Shown piece by piece: positions 8,858-18,035 of a stretch of DNA of 64,000 bases. The position numbers and the translations under genes are program-made. Position 1 is the first letter of the stretch. Each line of letters starts with the position of its first letter. This DNA comes from Candidatus Kapaibacterium sp. (GTDB lineage Bacteria; Bacteroidota; Ignavibacteria; Kapaibacteriales; UBA2268), in NCBI GenBank assembly GCA_013414795.1, contig CP058732.1:1161744-1225743 (forward strand), read 5' to 3'. A model generated the notes under the pieces. It was not told the DNA's origin. It saw only the letters and a list, made by a program, of their open reading frames with translations, and searched no databases.

Positions 8858-9928
8858 ATGAATAGAAGGAATTTTTTTGAATTTGCAACAGCAAGTGCAA
8901 TTCTACTCGGTGTTCAGAGAGGAACTTTCCTTTTATCCAAAGAGAAAGAAAGTCAATCATTTTATTTTCCCCCACCATTGTTGAAGAAGGGCTCGAAAGT
9001 AGTTTTCACCGCTCCCGGTAGTCCAGCGAATTTTTGGGAGGTGCGAAATCTTGCAAGTTTTTTTGTACGTAGAGGTTGCACAGTAGAATATGGGGAAACA
9101 ATCACCAAACGCGATAAAAAGTTTAGGTACTTGTCTCGTGACGACCAAACGCGTGCCGAAGAATTGATGCGTTTTTTCACGGACCCAGCTGTAAATTGCA
9201 TTGTTGCGGCTCGCGGAGGCTATGGTTCAATTCGAATACTGGATTTACTTGATTACGATTTGATTAGGCAGAATCCTAAGGTCTTCATTGGTTTTAGCGA
9301 TATTACGAGCCTTTTGAATGCAGTCCACAAAAAGGCTGGTTTTTTTACTTTCCACGGTCCAACTGGGAATTTTTCGCTTGATAGTTTCACTGCTAAGGCG
9401 CTCGAATCGATGTTGTTCGAGTTGGAAAACAAAACCAACAACCAATTGCGATACAAATTTTCTAAATCTGATATACTTGTAAATGGGGAATCAAGTGGTC
9501 GTCTTGTTGGAGGAAATTTGTCGAATTTAGTTTCATTACTTGGAACTGAGTTTGAGTTCGACACAAACGATAGTATTTTGTTTTTGGAAGAAATTTCCGA
9601 ACCGCCATACAAAATAGACAGAATGTTGAAGCAATTGGAACTTGCAGGAAAATTTAAAAATTGCAATGGGGTATTGCTTGGATATTTTGGTAAACTCGAT
9701 TCTCGCCGAAACTTTTATCCAGACTATTCTTTGACTTTGAGCGAAATCTTTCAAATGTACTTCAAAAAATATGATTTTCCAGTAATTTTCAACATACCTT
9801 TTGGACACAGTTCAAAATTTCTTACTTTTCCAATAGGCGCAATTGCAAAAATTTCTTCCAAAAATCTGGAATTTTCTGTAAATTTGTATGAAGTTCTTTC
9901 TGATAATGAAAATGTTTATAAAAAATAG
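8858..9928 (+). CDS. LD-carboxypeptidase (peptidase S66, LdcA/MccF-like) with a probable twin-arginine signal peptide
   Basis: The N-terminus MNRRNFFEFATASAILLG resembles a Tat motif (RRxFF). The S66 fold is indicated by VVFTAPGSPAN and IVAARGGYGSIRILDLLDY. The track ORF starts two codons upstream at 8849. Confidence 0.75.
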   Translation: MNRRNFFEFATASAILLGVQRGTFLLSKEKESQSFYFPPPLLKKGSKVVFTAPGSPANFWEVRNLASFFVRRGCTVEYGETITKRDKKFRYLSRDDQTRAEELMRFFTDPAVNCIVAARGGYGSIRILDLLDYDLIRQNPKVFIGFSDITSLLNAVHKKAGFFTFHGPTGNFSLDSFTAKALESMLFELENKTNNQLRYKFSKSDILVNGESSGRLVGGNLSNLVSLLGTEFEFDTNDSILFLEEISEPPYKIDRMLKQLELAGKFKNCNGVLLGYFGKLDSRRNFYPDYSLTLSEIFQMYFKKYDFPVIFNIPFGHSSKFLTFPIGAIAKISSKNLEFSVNLYEVLSDNENVYKK

Positions 9929-9937
9929 AGGGTTCAA

Positions 9938-12900
9938 ATGAAAAGGTCATTATTAGTGCTTGCAATATTGTTGCTATTTAGGCAGATTTTAATTTCACAG
10001 GAGGCAACTTTTTCGATTTCAGAAGTGGATGCAAGCCGTTTTCCTTTGATACGCTGTACTTTCATTGCTCTTGACGCAACTGGAAAAAGTTACACGGATT
10101 TAAAACCCAGCGACTTCGATGTTTTTGAACGCGGGAAAAATATGAACCCCACTGTAAACGTTGAGTGCAAGGATACATTGGTAGAACCTGCGGTTAGCAT
10201 CATTTTAATTGTCGACCAAAGCGAATCGATGCGATGGTTGAACGAGGCTGGAGAACAACGATGGAGTTGGGTTTTGAGAGGTGTGGAAGCATTCGTCAAC
10301 ACAATTAATTTCAAAACTGGTACAAAAGTTGGATTGATTTCATTCGGGCGAGTTGCATATAAAAGATGTGACTTCACCGATAATAAGCAGGAAATTCTTG
10401 ATTCGTTGAACAATACTGTAATTGGTGGTGGCACTCTTTACGACCCACCATTTTTGGATAGAATTAACGGTGCAATTACAATGTTTCTTAATGGCTCTCC
10501 TGACCCGCAAAAGCGACGAATTATTGTGTTTTTGACTGATGGTGAACCAAACGACCCACCTAAAACCGACTCAATTGTCAAGGAATTGCAAAGAATTAAT
10601 GCACAGGTGTACGCAATCACTCTTGCTATGCCAATGCATAAATCATTGGAAGAAATTTCATCGAAAACTGGCGGCAAGGCTTACAAAGTCGAAACCAAAC
10701 AAGAACTTGAAGACATTTATCGATTTATTGCTCTCGACATTCAAAAGAAACAACTTTGTCAACTTACTTGGGTTACAGATTATGGATGTGACAAACTTGA
10801 TTTAGTTAGACCAATTAAGATTACCTTCAAACGGCAGGCAGTAACAATTGAAAGAGATTATGTTGCACCAGATTACAGCATTGCAAAATTGCCAATCGAC
10901 GGAGCGATATTTGATTTTCTCGACCCAGCACCCAATACCTCCAATGATTTGGACATTACAATAACTGCACCAGTTGCTGATTACACTATCAATGACATAA
11001 AAATTATACCGTCCACTTATTACCAAGTGATAAATTGGGACGTTGGTGGTTCTGGAGGTGCCCCGCCTTTTGTTATTCCAGCAGGTGAATCCAGAACTAT
11101 TCGAGTGCGTTTCACTCAAGGAGCAGTGCGTTCATATCGAGAAGCAACTCTTTATATTGATGCCAAACCTTGCCCTGCACAAGTAAAACTAATCGGTGGA
11201 ATTTCCCAAGTTCGAATTATATCTCCAAATGGTGGCGAAATTTATTCAATATGTGATACAATTAATATTGTTTGGAGTGGTGTTGAAAGCGACAAGCCAA
11301 TCAATTTGTTCTACAGTACCGACGGCGGAAATAGTTGGCGACCTATTGCTTCTAATGTTAAGGGACTTTCCTATAAGTGGATACCTCCTGTTGGAGGAAA
11401 TAATCTTCGCATTCGTGCAACAGTTGCCCCAGTTTCAAACTATATTTGGGCAAAAGCAATTGGCGGAACAGAAGATGACTTTGGTAGAAGTATAGCAGTA
11501 ACTGAAGATAATTCCTACTTATACATTACTGGTTCTTTCTCTGGAACAATTGAATTTGAGAACAATAAGAAATTTACCAGTGCTGGCGGGTTGGATATCT
11601 TTGTTGCTAAGTATGATAGAGACGGAAACTTGATTTGGGTCCAAACTGCTGGAGGTTACGGAACGGATACTGCTGCTGGAATTTGTGTCGACCGTGCTGG
11701 TAATGCTTATGTTGTTGGTACCTGTCAACAGACAGCGACTTTTGGTTATATTTCGCCTAATATTCCTATTAAAGATGCTCCTTATTGTTTCATTGCTAAA
11801 TACCCCGCAAGTGGTTCAACACCCATTGTAACACTCATTGGTCCCGACCAGACTTATTCTAACTTTAAAGCCTGGGGACAGAAGATTAAATACAAAGTAA
11901 ATCAAGCACCAAATCCCGACGAGATTGTCATTTTAGGTGAATATGTTAATCAGATTCAAACAGTTTTATATTCACTCCCCAAAGTAACTGTCCCAACTAC
12001 TTTTACTGGTGTGTTGTATCCAGATATGACTATCAAATACACGCAAAAAGGTGGGACCGACGATGGAACTTTTTCAAAGAGTGTGGCATATGATGGAGTT
12101 GGCGACCGATATGAGGTAGGGACTTTCACTGGCACATTAGTAAGCGGAAACATTACAATAACCAGTAAAGGCAAGAATGATGTCTTTATCCGTAGATATG
12201 GTGGAAGCCCAGGTAGTCAAGACATAAGCGATACGGTATTTTCTATTCAAAACCCAGTATGGGTACTTGCAAGCAATAGTTATGATTTTGGAGACTGTAC
12301 AGTAGGCGACGTCAAGCCAGTTGTATTAGATGCGTACATTTGTAATCGAGGGAATGTTCCAATCGTCATAGCCAACACTGCTTTTATTGGCTCCAATCCA
12401 GCAGATTTTAGAATTGGTGCAACTCTAATAGGTAAACGATTAATGCCCGGTGATTGCATTCCAGTTGAATTAGCATTTGTTCCCAAGGATGTTGGCGCCA
12501 GAAATGCTCAACTTGTAATTACACCCGATTGTGGTTCAGAACTGGTTTTGAATTTGAGTGGATTTGGTGTTTGTACTGGCGAAGCACTTTCCAAAGTTAA
12601 TCTTGGACCCTCGAATTTAAGTGTGAAAGTAACCAAAACTATACAATGCATTTTTAAAAATACAAATCCCGCCTCAGTTCCAGTGAAATTTGTAATTTAT
12701 GGACCTAATGCTTCCGACTTTTCTATACCAATAAGCAGTTTAATTGTAAAACCCGGGGAATGTGTAGACCTTGATGTTTCATTCATTCCTTCTGGTGCTG
12801 GACTTCGTGTAGCATATCTCAAGTTTGAGTTGCCCCCGGGCTGTATCAATCCAGAAACTGAACTTAACGGTATTGGTGTTGATGCCGATATTGTGATTGA

Positions 12901-14539
12901 GCCGATTGATTGGAATGGTCGTAGGTTAAAGACTCAAAACGATACCGATTTAGTAATAATTAACCGAAGTTCTATTGCACAAAAACTTTTGGATATCCAA
13001 TTCCAAGATAACATCCCCAATTTTGAGTTTGTTAATAATCCACCAATTCCTTTGCCATACACTGTTCAAAGTGGTGATAGTATAAAAATTCCCATTCGTT
13101 TTACCCCCGAAGAAGAAGTTCAATACTCTAACACTCTCATCTTAAAGTTCGAAGGGCTTTTAAGCGACCTTTATGGTAATGTTCGTGGCGAGGGTATTCT
13201 TCCGAGAATTGAGTTAAAATGGACTTGCCTCGATGCAGTTAAACCCGGTGAACAGGGAATGGCTGAACTTGAAGTTTCAAATCCAAGTACAACTGCCGAT
13301 TTAGTAATTTATAAGATGGACTTCAAGTACAAAACTGGAGATTTTAATTGGGTTAATGGTGTTCCAACGAACGAGGTAATTCCAAAATCTTCCAGCAAAG
13401 TTTACGAAGTTTACTTTACTCCTCAAACTCCAGGTACTCGGGCCGATTTGATTGAAATTACGCACGACGCTGCCCCTGGTCCAGAAAAATATCCTCGGGT
13501 CGACACTACATTCGATGCTGAATGCGATGGACTTGGTTTGACTGCTGTGAAAACAATTGATTTTGGAAATAGCATTATTTGCGACGATAATGCTTACGAC
13601 TTGAAAGTTATCAATGATAGTTGGATAACACCTATTACTATCACAGGTTATGAAATAACTGGTTCGGGAAGCGAGGCATTCAGATTATTGGAGAATATGC
13701 CAATTGTAGTTCCGCCTTCTAATTTCGTTACCTTGAAATTGGTTTTTGATCCACAAGAAGCAAAAGACTATAATGCCGTCTTGACATTTAAAACCTCGAT
13801 AAATAGTGATATTGTAATTAATTTGACTGGAAAAGGTGTTTTACTCGACTTTTATTCTGATAATCCCGAATGGAAATTGGAACCGACGTTTTCCCGCAAT
13901 TTAAATGTAAAGGGAAGGATACCAAAATTATACAATGCTAACATTAATTCATTAGATTTAAATATTTACTATAATCCGAAGATGATTAGGATTGATACGA
14001 TACGTCCTTCGCCCTCGCTTCAAAATTGGGTTTGGGAACCTCCGACACTGGTCGAACGTGGCAAAGTGAATTTGAAAGGTAGCGGAAGCCTTGCAACTGG
14101 ATTTGACCTTGAATTGTTTACCATTGACTTTACTGTATTTCTTGGGGATGTTAAGGAGTCGACATTCGATATAGAAATGAAGAACAATGGCTGCCTTGCG
14201 CCGCTCGACATAGTTTCTAAAATCATAATTGCAAACGTTTGCTTTATCGATGGAAGATTGATAACACTTTCCGATACTCCTTATTTCATAACTTTGCCTG
14301 AACCCAATCCAGTAGTTGACAAAATCAACTTCAAGTTTGGCGTGGCTTTTGATGAACCAGTCAACGTTTCATTAATAAACATTTATGGACAAACCATTAA
14401 GACATTTGTCGACGAGAATTTAAAGGCCGGTATCTACGAAGTGAATAGCGATGTTTCGAACATTTCAAATGGCGTATATTATTTGAAACTCATTTCTGGT
14501 AGTTACCAAAAGATTTTGCCAATTATTATTGCAAAATAA
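9938..14539 (+). CDS. 1533-aa secreted multidomain protein: signal peptide, vWA domain, beta-propeller (SBBP-like) repeats, multiple Ig-like/ASH (choice-of-anchor-D-like) domains, T9SS C-terminal sorting domain
   Basis: The signal peptide is MKRSLLVLAILLLF. The vWA domain carries a MIDAS motif IVDQSESM. SBBP-like repeats include FGRSIAVTEDNSYLYITGSF and GGLDIFVAKYDRDGNLIWVQTAGG. Ig-like modules of the DFGxxxxG...I.N.G type are repeated. The C-terminal ~80 aa end ...GVYYLKLISGSYQKILPIIIAK, as in Por-secretion CTDs. Confidence 0.8.
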   Translation: MKRSLLVLAILLLFRQILISQEATFSISEVDASRFPLIRCTFIALDATGKSYTDLKPSDFDVFERGKNMNPTVNVECKDTLVEPAVSIILIVDQSESMRWLNEAGEQRWSWVLRGVEAFVNTINFKTGTKVGLISFGRVAYKRCDFTDNKQEILDSLNNTVIGGGTLYDPPFLDRINGAITMFLNGSPDPQKRRIIVFLTDGEPNDPPKTDSIVKELQRINAQVYAITLAMPMHKSLEEISSKTGGKAYKVETKQELEDIYRFIALDIQKKQLCQLTWVTDYGCDKLDLVRPIKITFKRQAVTIERDYVAPDYSIAKLPIDGAIFDFLDPAPNTSNDLDITITAPVADYTINDIKIIPSTYYQVINWDVGGSGGAPPFVIPAGESRTIRVRFTQGAVRSYREATLYIDAKPCPAQVKLIGGISQVRIISPNGGEIYSICDTINIVWSGVESDKPINLFYSTDGGNSWRPIASNVKGLSYKWIPPVGGNNLRIRATVAPVSNYIWAKAIGGTEDDFGRSIAVTEDNSYLYITGSFSGTIEFENNKKFTSAGGLDIFVAKYDRDGNLIWVQTAGGYGTDTAAGICVDRAGNAYVVGTCQQTATFGYISPNIPIKDAPYCFIAKYPASGSTPIVTLIGPDQTYSNFKAWGQKIKYKVNQAPNPDEIVILGEYVNQIQTVLYSLPKVTVPTTFTGVLYPDMTIKYTQKGGTDDGTFSKSVAYDGVGDRYEVGTFTGTLVSGNITITSKGKNDVFIRRYGGSPGSQDISDTVFSIQNPVWVLASNSYDFGDCTVGDVKPVVLDAYICNRGNVPIVIANTAFIGSNPADFRIGATLIGKRLMPGDCIPVELAFVPKDVGARNAQLVITPDCGSELVLNLSGFGVCTGEALSKVNLGPSNLSVKVTKTIQCIFKNTNPASVPVKFVIYGPNASDFSIPISSLIVKPGECVDLDVSFIPSGAGLRVAYLKFELPPGCINPETELNGIGVDADIVIEPIDWNGRRLKTQNDTDLVIINRSSIAQKLLDIQFQDNIPNFEFVNNPPIPLPYTVQSGDSIKIPIRFTPEEEVQYSNTLILKFEGLLSDLYGNVRGEGILPRIELKWTCLDAVKPGEQGMAELEVSNPSTTADLVIYKMDFKYKTGDFNWVNGVPTNEVIPKSSSKVYEVYFTPQTPGTRADLIEITHDAAPGPEKYPRVDTTFDAECDGLGLTAVKTIDFGNSIICDDNAYDLKVINDSWITPITITGYEITGSGSEAFRLLENMPIVVPPSNFVTLKLVFDPQEAKDYNAVLTFKTSINSDIVINLTGKGVLLDFYSDNPEWKLEPTFSRNLNVKGRIPKLYNANINSLDLNIYYNPKMIRIDTIRPSPSLQNWVWEPPTLVERGKVNLKGSGSLATGFDLELFTIDFTVFLGDVKESTFDIEMKNNGCLAPLDIVSKIIIANVCFIDGRLITLSDTPYFITLPEPNPVVDKINFKFGVAFDEPVNVSLINIYGQTIKTFVDENLKAGIYEVNSDVSNISNGVYYLKLISGSYQKILPIIIAK

Positions 14540-14542
14540 TTT

Positions 14543-15337
14543 ATGGAAAAGTTCATTGTGATTGCAGGTCCCTGTGTAGTTGAAAGCAGGGACCTTTTGT
14601 TTGAGGTTGCAGAGCATTTTCGCTCGATTGTCAAGGAGTTCGATATCGATTTTTACTTCAAATCATCTTATAGAAAGGCAAATCGTACCAGTATCAAATC
14701 CTTTGTGAGTATTGGGGACGAGGTTGCCTTGGAGTATTTATCTGAAGTTCGGGAGAAATTTGGTTATAAGATACTTTCAGATGTTCATACTCCGCAAGAA
14801 GCCGAAAGATATTCCAAGTACCTTGACGTAATACAAATTCCTGCTTTCCTTTGCAGGCAAACAGACTTACTCCTTTCTGCGGGTAAAAGTGGTAAAATAG
14901 TAAATATCAAGAAGGGGCAGTTTGTTGCTCCCTGGGATATTTTGAAAGCATATGAAAAAGTGAAAAGCACAGGTAACGACAATGTTTGGATTACTGAAAG
15001 AGGCACTTTCTTTGGCTACAATGACCTGGTAGTAGACTTTCGTTCACTTTTAATTATTCGAAATGCTGGTTGTCCAGTGATTTTTGATGCAACACATTCA
15101 TTGCAAAGACCTTCCATTGGGGAGCAATCTGGGGGTTTCCGTGAATTTATCTTTCCGCTTGCTCGTGCTTCTGCAGTTGTTGGTATTGATGGTTTGTTCT
15201 TTGAAACCCATCCTCGACCGTCCGAGGCTTTGAGCGATTCGGCTACGCAACTTCCCCTTCAATTTGCAAAGGAATTGATTTACCAAGTTATTGAATTGAG
15301 GAACAAAGTAAATTCGTTCAATGAACCAAAATTTTAA
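14543..15337 (+). CDS. kdsA: 3-deoxy-8-phosphooctulonate synthase (KDO8P synthase)
   Basis: 264 aa. MEKFIVIAGPCVVES, the QIPAFLCRQTDLL motif and the DATHSLQ motif are hallmark KdsA residues. Confidence 0.9.
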   Translation: MEKFIVIAGPCVVESRDLLFEVAEHFRSIVKEFDIDFYFKSSYRKANRTSIKSFVSIGDEVALEYLSEVREKFGYKILSDVHTPQEAERYSKYLDVIQIPAFLCRQTDLLLSAGKSGKIVNIKKGQFVAPWDILKAYEKVKSTGNDNVWITERGTFFGYNDLVVDFRSLLIIRNAGCPVIFDATHSLQRPSIGEQSGGFREFIFPLARASAVVGIDGLFFETHPRPSEALSDSATQLPLQFAKELIYQVIELRNKVNSFNEPKF

Positions 15338-15728
15338 AAAATTTTTGTTTATTCTACTAATTATTGGTGCAAATTTCATTTTCTCTTGTGATGTTGAAGA
15401 ATGTCCTTGCTCTTCGTCTGTGATTTATGGTACTTGGTCGGGGGAAGCCAAACAGAATGATTTTGAATGCTACATAAGGTTATTTTTAAATACAAATAAT
15501 TCTAATTTAGAAGGGAGTGGAACTTTATATTTAATGCATAATGGAATAAAATACGAAAATCAAGTTACTTGCGGTGGTAGTTTTGTTAGCAACAAAATCG
15601 TTTTCAAAATAAATGAAATCGATTCTCTCTTCTACGAGGGATTGTTAAATGCACGTAGGGATACAATTTTTGGAAATCTTTTCTTTTTGGGCGATAAGTT
15701 ATCTTTAAACCTTCAAAGGCTTCAATGA
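15321..15728 (+). CDS. small hypothetical lipoprotein
   Basis: 135 aa. N-terminal signal with a lipobox-like FIFSC. No recognisable domain. It overlaps the end of kdsA by 17 nt. Confidence 0.4.
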   Translation: MNQNFKKFLFILLIIGANFIFSCDVEECPCSSSVIYGTWSGEAKQNDFECYIRLFLNTNNSNLEGSGTLYLMHNGIKYENQVTCGGSFVSNKIVFKINEIDSLFYEGLLNARRDTIFGNLFFLGDKLSLNLQRLQ

Positions 15729-16718
15729 TTTGATAATCTTTTTTTCTATTGCTTCCGAAAGTCGTAGAGCCTGGGAAGCATCAAACGCAGAAACGGGTAT
15801 TTGTTCGCCGTACAAAATTGCACGGAAGAATGAATTATGTTCATCTACTATTGCATTTCCTTGCTCTGCCTCGATTTTTTCGAAGTATATGTTTACTTTT
15901 TTCGGTGATTCATTTATATTTCCTAACATAAATGCGAATCCACCATTTGAAACTGTATCGGAATTATCTTGTATCTTATAAATTTCAACGCTTTGGTTTG
16001 CGAAATCAATTGAGAAATAGGCTTGCTTTTGGAAGAAACGCATCTTTCGCATTGGCTTTGCAGAAATTCTCGAGGCCGTGAGATTTGCAACTGCTCCATT
16101 TTCGAATTCTATTCTTGCGTTTGCAATATCAATTGTATCGGTTAAGACAGGAACTCCATTTGCGTGTATTCTTTTAACTTTCGATTTCACCAGCCAAAGT
16201 ACAATGTCCAAATCGTGTATCATCAAGTCTGAAATTACTGATACGTCAATTGCTCTTGGCTTGAATTGACTCAAGCGATGTGATTCAATGAAGAGTGGTT
16301 CTGGTTTATATTTCATAACGGATTTCAATGCTGGATTGAAACGTTCCACGTGTCCAACTTGAATTATAACATTTTTAGTTTTTCCAAGTTCAATTATCCT
16401 TAAAGCCTCTTTATATTTGGCTGTGATAGGTTTTTCGATGAAACAATGAATTGAATGGGTTAAAAAATACTTTGCAATTTCAAAATGTGTTGTTGTGGGA
16501 GAAGAAATGATTACCGCTTCGGAATTTTTAGCCACTTCTTCAAAAGAAAAAAACACCCTACAACCCAATTCATTTGCAAGTTGTTTGCTTTTGTTGATGT
16601 CACTATCGTAAATTCCAACAAGTTCGCAATATTCATTATTGAGAAGGAGTTTTGTGTGGATTGTTCCAAGATGACCAACTCCAATCACTGAAACTTTAAC
16701 TTTTTTGGCTTTTTCCAT
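15705..16718 (-). CDS. Gfo/Idh/MocA family NAD(P)-dependent oxidoreductase
   Basis: The N-terminal Rossmann KVSVIGVGHLGTIHTKLL, followed by ELVGIYDSD...SFEEV...AVIISSPTTTH and the EKP motif, are characteristic of this family. Confidence 0.8.
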   Translation of the reverse strand: MEKAKKVKVSVIGVGHLGTIHTKLLLNNEYCELVGIYDSDINKSKQLANELGCRVFFSFEEVAKNSEAVIISSPTTTHFEIAKYFLTHSIHCFIEKPITAKYKEALRIIELGKTKNVIIQVGHVERFNPALKSVMKYKPEPLFIESHRLSQFKPRAIDVSVISDLMIHDLDIVLWLVKSKVKRIHANGVPVLTDTIDIANARIEFENGAVANLTASRISAKPMRKMRFFQKQAYFSIDFANQSVEIYKIQDNSDTVSNGGFAFMLGNINESPKKVNIYFEKIEAEQGNAIVDEHNSFFRAILYGEQIPVSAFDASQALRLSEAIEKKIIKSLKPLKV

Positions 16719-16724
16719 AGGTAT

Positions 16725-17213
16725 CTATTCAATTAACTTTGGTCGATTTTCTATTTCATATTGGTAATCTATTTCAATTGCGAAATCTTTTGCATTTTTC
16801 TTTGCAATTTTATCTGCTTTTTCGTTAAATTCATTACCGCTATGTCCTTCGACCCATTTGAATTTAACATTTACAAAGTTAAGCAGAAAATGCAGTTTCT
16901 GCCAAAGGTCAATATTTAGCACTTTTGTTTTGTTTGAAGTTAGCCAGCCATTTTTAACCCAACGCTCGAGCCAATGTTCGTTAATTGCCTTCGTGATTAG
17001 TTGAGAATCTGTGTAAATTGTTGCATTTTCGATGCTATTATTTTTTATAAAGTTTAAGGCTTCGATCACAGCAAGAAGTTCCATTCGGTTGTTGGTTGTC
17101 CTTCGAAATCCTTTTGCCAAAATAATTTCTTGTTCTGTAAATAATATTATCACCGCAAATCCACCTTTGCCAGGATTGCCCAATGATGTTCCGTCAGTAT
17201 AAATTTCAACCAT
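16725..17213 (-). CDS. rnhA: ribonuclease HI
   Basis: 162 aa. MVEIYTDGTSLGNPGKGGFAVIIL, TNNRMELLAVIEAL and IYTDSQ give the RNase H catalytic DEDD arrangement. Confidence 0.85.
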   Translation of the reverse strand: MVEIYTDGTSLGNPGKGGFAVIILFTEQEIILAKGFRRTTNNRMELLAVIEALNFIKNNSIENATIYTDSQLITKAINEHWLERWVKNGWLTSNKTKVLNIDLWQKLHFLLNFVNVKFKWVEGHSGNEFNEKADKIAKKNAKDFAIEIDYQYEIENRPKLIE

Positions 17214-17298
17214 ATTTTAAAAATTTGCAATTTGTAACTTTGCAATTTCGCATAAAAATATTAAATTGCTTTTATGTAAAACTTTTTATAGGTGCATT

Positions 17299-17976
17299 AT
17301 GTTGAAATTAACATATCTCAGCCATTCGACTTTTATGCTCGACGATGGTTCTCACAAATTAATCATCGACCCATTCATCACTGGGAATCCAACTTGCCCT
17401 ATTAAAGTCGAAGATGTAAAAGTGAATTTTGTAGTGTTAACCCACGCACACGGCGACCACCTTGGCGATGCCTTTACTATTGCCAAAAATAACGACGCCC
17501 TTGTTATTGCGGTAAATGAACTCGCTAATTATGCTGCAGAAAATGGATGCAAAGCACACAATATGCACATTGGTGGAGGATTTAATTTTCCATTTGGCAG
17601 ACTGAAATTTACAATTGCACATCACGGGTCTTCGTCCCCCGATGGTCGATATATGGGCGAGCCTGCTGGCGTTGTAATTAAGATGGGCGGCAAAACGGTT
17701 TACCACACTGGTGATACTGGATTATTCCTTGATATGAAATTGATTGGTGAACTTGACAAGATTGATATTTTCCTTGTTCCAATTGGTGATAATTTTACTA
17801 TGGGTATCGATGATGCAGTTAAAGCAGTAGAATTTGTCAACCCAGAGTTGACCATTCCAATGCACTACAACACATTTCCAGTGATCCCAGCAGATCCAAA
17901 TGAATTCAAGAAGAAAGTGGAAAGCATTGGCAAAAAGTGCCGTGTAATGGAATTTGGAGAGACTATAGAATTTTAA
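17299..17976 (+). CDS. UPF0173-type metal-dependent hydrolase (MBL fold)
   Basis: It starts MLKLTYLSHSTFML and has an HAHGDH metal-binding motif. The track ORF begins at an upstream TTG (17266); the ATG at 17299 is preferred. Confidence 0.75.
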   Translation: MLKLTYLSHSTFMLDDGSHKLIIDPFITGNPTCPIKVEDVKVNFVVLTHAHGDHLGDAFTIAKNNDALVIAVNELANYAAENGCKAHNMHIGGGFNFPFGRLKFTIAHHGSSSPDGRYMGEPAGVVIKMGGKTVYHTGDTGLFLDMKLIGELDKIDIFLVPIGDNFTMGIDDAVKAVEFVNPELTIPMHYNTFPVIPADPNEFKKKVESIGKKCRVMEFGETIEF

Positions 17977-17996
17977 ATAATAACAATTAAAAAATT

Positions 17997-18024
17997 AGGG
18001 GCTCGCCAAGAGCCCCTTGTTTTA
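17997..18024. terminator. bidirectional rho-independent terminator between convergent genes
   Basis: GGGGCTCGCCAAGAGCCCC hairpin flanked by A-run on one side and T-run on the other. Confidence 0.6.
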
Positions 18025-18035
18025 TTCAAATTGAT

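Noticed and set aside
8673-8861. 62-aa ORF across the tRNA-Ser locus
   Set aside because: It overlaps the tRNA on the opposite strand and has low-complexity, Cys-rich sequence. It is a spurious frame.
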